Source: Malacoraja senta
Lineage: Eukaryota
Length of the DNA stretch: 64,000 bases
NCBI GenBank assembly: GCA_038087875.1
Contig: CM075998.1
Location: forward strand, 3,598,001-3,662,000
Reading direction: 5' to 3'
Shown: positions 62,325 to 64,000 of the stretch, in pieces
Numbering within the stretch: position 1 is the first letter of the stretch
Layout of the letters: each line of letters starts with the position of its first letter
The notes under the pieces: model-generated
The model's input: only the letters and a program-made list of their open reading frames with translations
Told to the model about the DNA's origin: nothing
Database searches by the model: none
Made by a program: the position numbers and the translations under genes

Positions 62325-64000
62325 CAGTCTGACACTCAAAAACGTAAAACACAGACTCACACGTACCTGGATTGTTTTACCCGTAGGGTCAGGTTTAGGG
62401 TCATTCCCAGCATCACACCATCCCAGGCTGCTGCTAATCTCTGCCGCATCTCTCGAGTTGGTGAAAACAAAAACAAACTGCAGATGCTGGAAATCTGAAA
62501 TAAAATGTTAAGAACACACAGCAAGTGAGGCAGCATCTGTGGCGAGAGGAGTGGAAGGTCTTCAACCTGAAACATTGACTCTGAAGAAGGGTCTTGACCC
62601 AAAAAGTCACCCATTCCTTCTCTCCAGAGATGCTGCCTGCACTGCTGAGTTACCCCAGCGTCTTGTGTCTATCTACGGTGTAAACCAGCATCTGCAGTTC
62701 CTTCCTCCACTGTTTCTCCTTCCACAGATGCCACCTATCTTGCTGAGTGCAAGATAGCTCTACTTCCTGAGAAGATTACGGAGAGTCGGTTTGTCATGGA
62801 GGACTCTCTCTAACCTCTACAGGTGCACAGTAGAGAGCATGCTGACCGGTTGCATCGTGGCTTGGTTCGGCAACTTGAGTGCCCTGGAGAGGAAAAGACT
62901 ACAAAAAGTAGTAAACACTGCCCAGTCCATCATCAGCTCTGACCTCCCTTCCATCGAGGGGATCTATCGCAGTCGCTGCCTCAAAAAGGCTGGCAGCATC
63001 ATCAAGGACCCACACCATCCTGGCCACACACTCATCTCCCTACTACCTTCAGGTAGAAGGTACAGGAGCCTGAAGACTGCGATGACCAGGTTCAGGAATA
63101 GCTACTTCCCCACGGCCATCAGGTTATTAAACCTGGCTCGGACAAAACTCTGAACATTAATAGCCCATTATCTATTATTTGCACTTTATCAGTTTATTTA
63201 TTCATATCATGTGTGTATATATTTTTATAATGGTATATGGACACACTGATCTGTTCTGTATTCATGCCTACTATGTTCTGTTGTGCTGAAGCAAAGCAAG
63301 AATTTCATTGTCCTATCAGGGACACATGACAATAAACTCTCTTGACTCTTGAATCTTAAATCTTGAGTATTTCCAATAAAACAGTTTCAGGAGAACACAG
63401 TAAAACCTGGTTGTGACTGGGGTAAATAAAAACTGTCCTTTCTTCAGACAAGTGGATCACTCAAAAATGTGCATTTTCTTTTTAATCTTATGGTTTGCTG
63501 CTCCCTGCTGCATTAGGGAAGTCCCCAAATTCCACCCTCAATGAGAGGAGACGTCATCACCTTCCCTCCACTGCCCAGGGACAGGCAGAGGGGGATCAGT
63601 CCACACTGCCAGCTTCCCCAGAGTACAGGCATTCAGAGACTGCACTCATCCCTATAGAGATCTCCCTGGCAACCTGCTGCTAGGAGCACCAAGCTGTAGC
63701 CCTGGAGAATCTCTCTTGCCGTTTGCAAAATAACTTGCTTCCTGTGGGCACTGTTCCGCACCAGCCTGTCCAGGCTCCTCTCACTCCCCGGGAACGCTCT
63801 CCCACTCTCTCCCATCATTGCAGATGCCATCTTCAGCTGCAAGAGGTAAACTTATGCAGACACAATAGACTGCAGATGCTGCCATCTGGAGCAGAAAACG
63901 GGCTGCTGGAGGAATTGAACGCGTCGGGCAGCATCTGTGGGGGCAAAGGAATGGTCGATGTTTCGGATGTAGACCCTGCATCAGGAGCGATAGTGTGAAG

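Overview
This is repeat-dense vertebrate genomic DNA. The V-SINE (HE1-like) and CR1 (HER1-like) landscape points to a cartilaginous fish, probably a skate or ray (inference). The only gene I can identify is slc26a10, an SLC26 anion transporter on the + strand with 9 coding exons at 4036-21579 (about 425 codons after correcting two +1 frameshifts in homopolymer runs). Its 3' half, including the STAS domain, is not visible beyond a 200-N assembly gap at 22341-22540. Nearly all listed ORFs are fragments of CR1, L2, Rex1/Babar, L1/Tx1, RTE and Penelope-like retroelements. The most interesting structure is non-coding: (i) a 146-bp retroposon whose 5' end is a minimal HDV-like ribozyme fold; (ii) two full-length ~0.5-kb RTE-derived elements with a related HDV-like fold and an extended P4; (iii) many minimal hammerhead motifs in Penelope terminal repeats, plus palindromes and a 66-bp tandem array derived from them; (iv) a non-autonomous Helitron family carrying a promoter-like cassette; and (v) a family of PIF/Harbinger-type MITEs with TAA target duplications. 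Repeat boundaries are approximate unless junctions are given, and only representative copies of the abundant families are listed.
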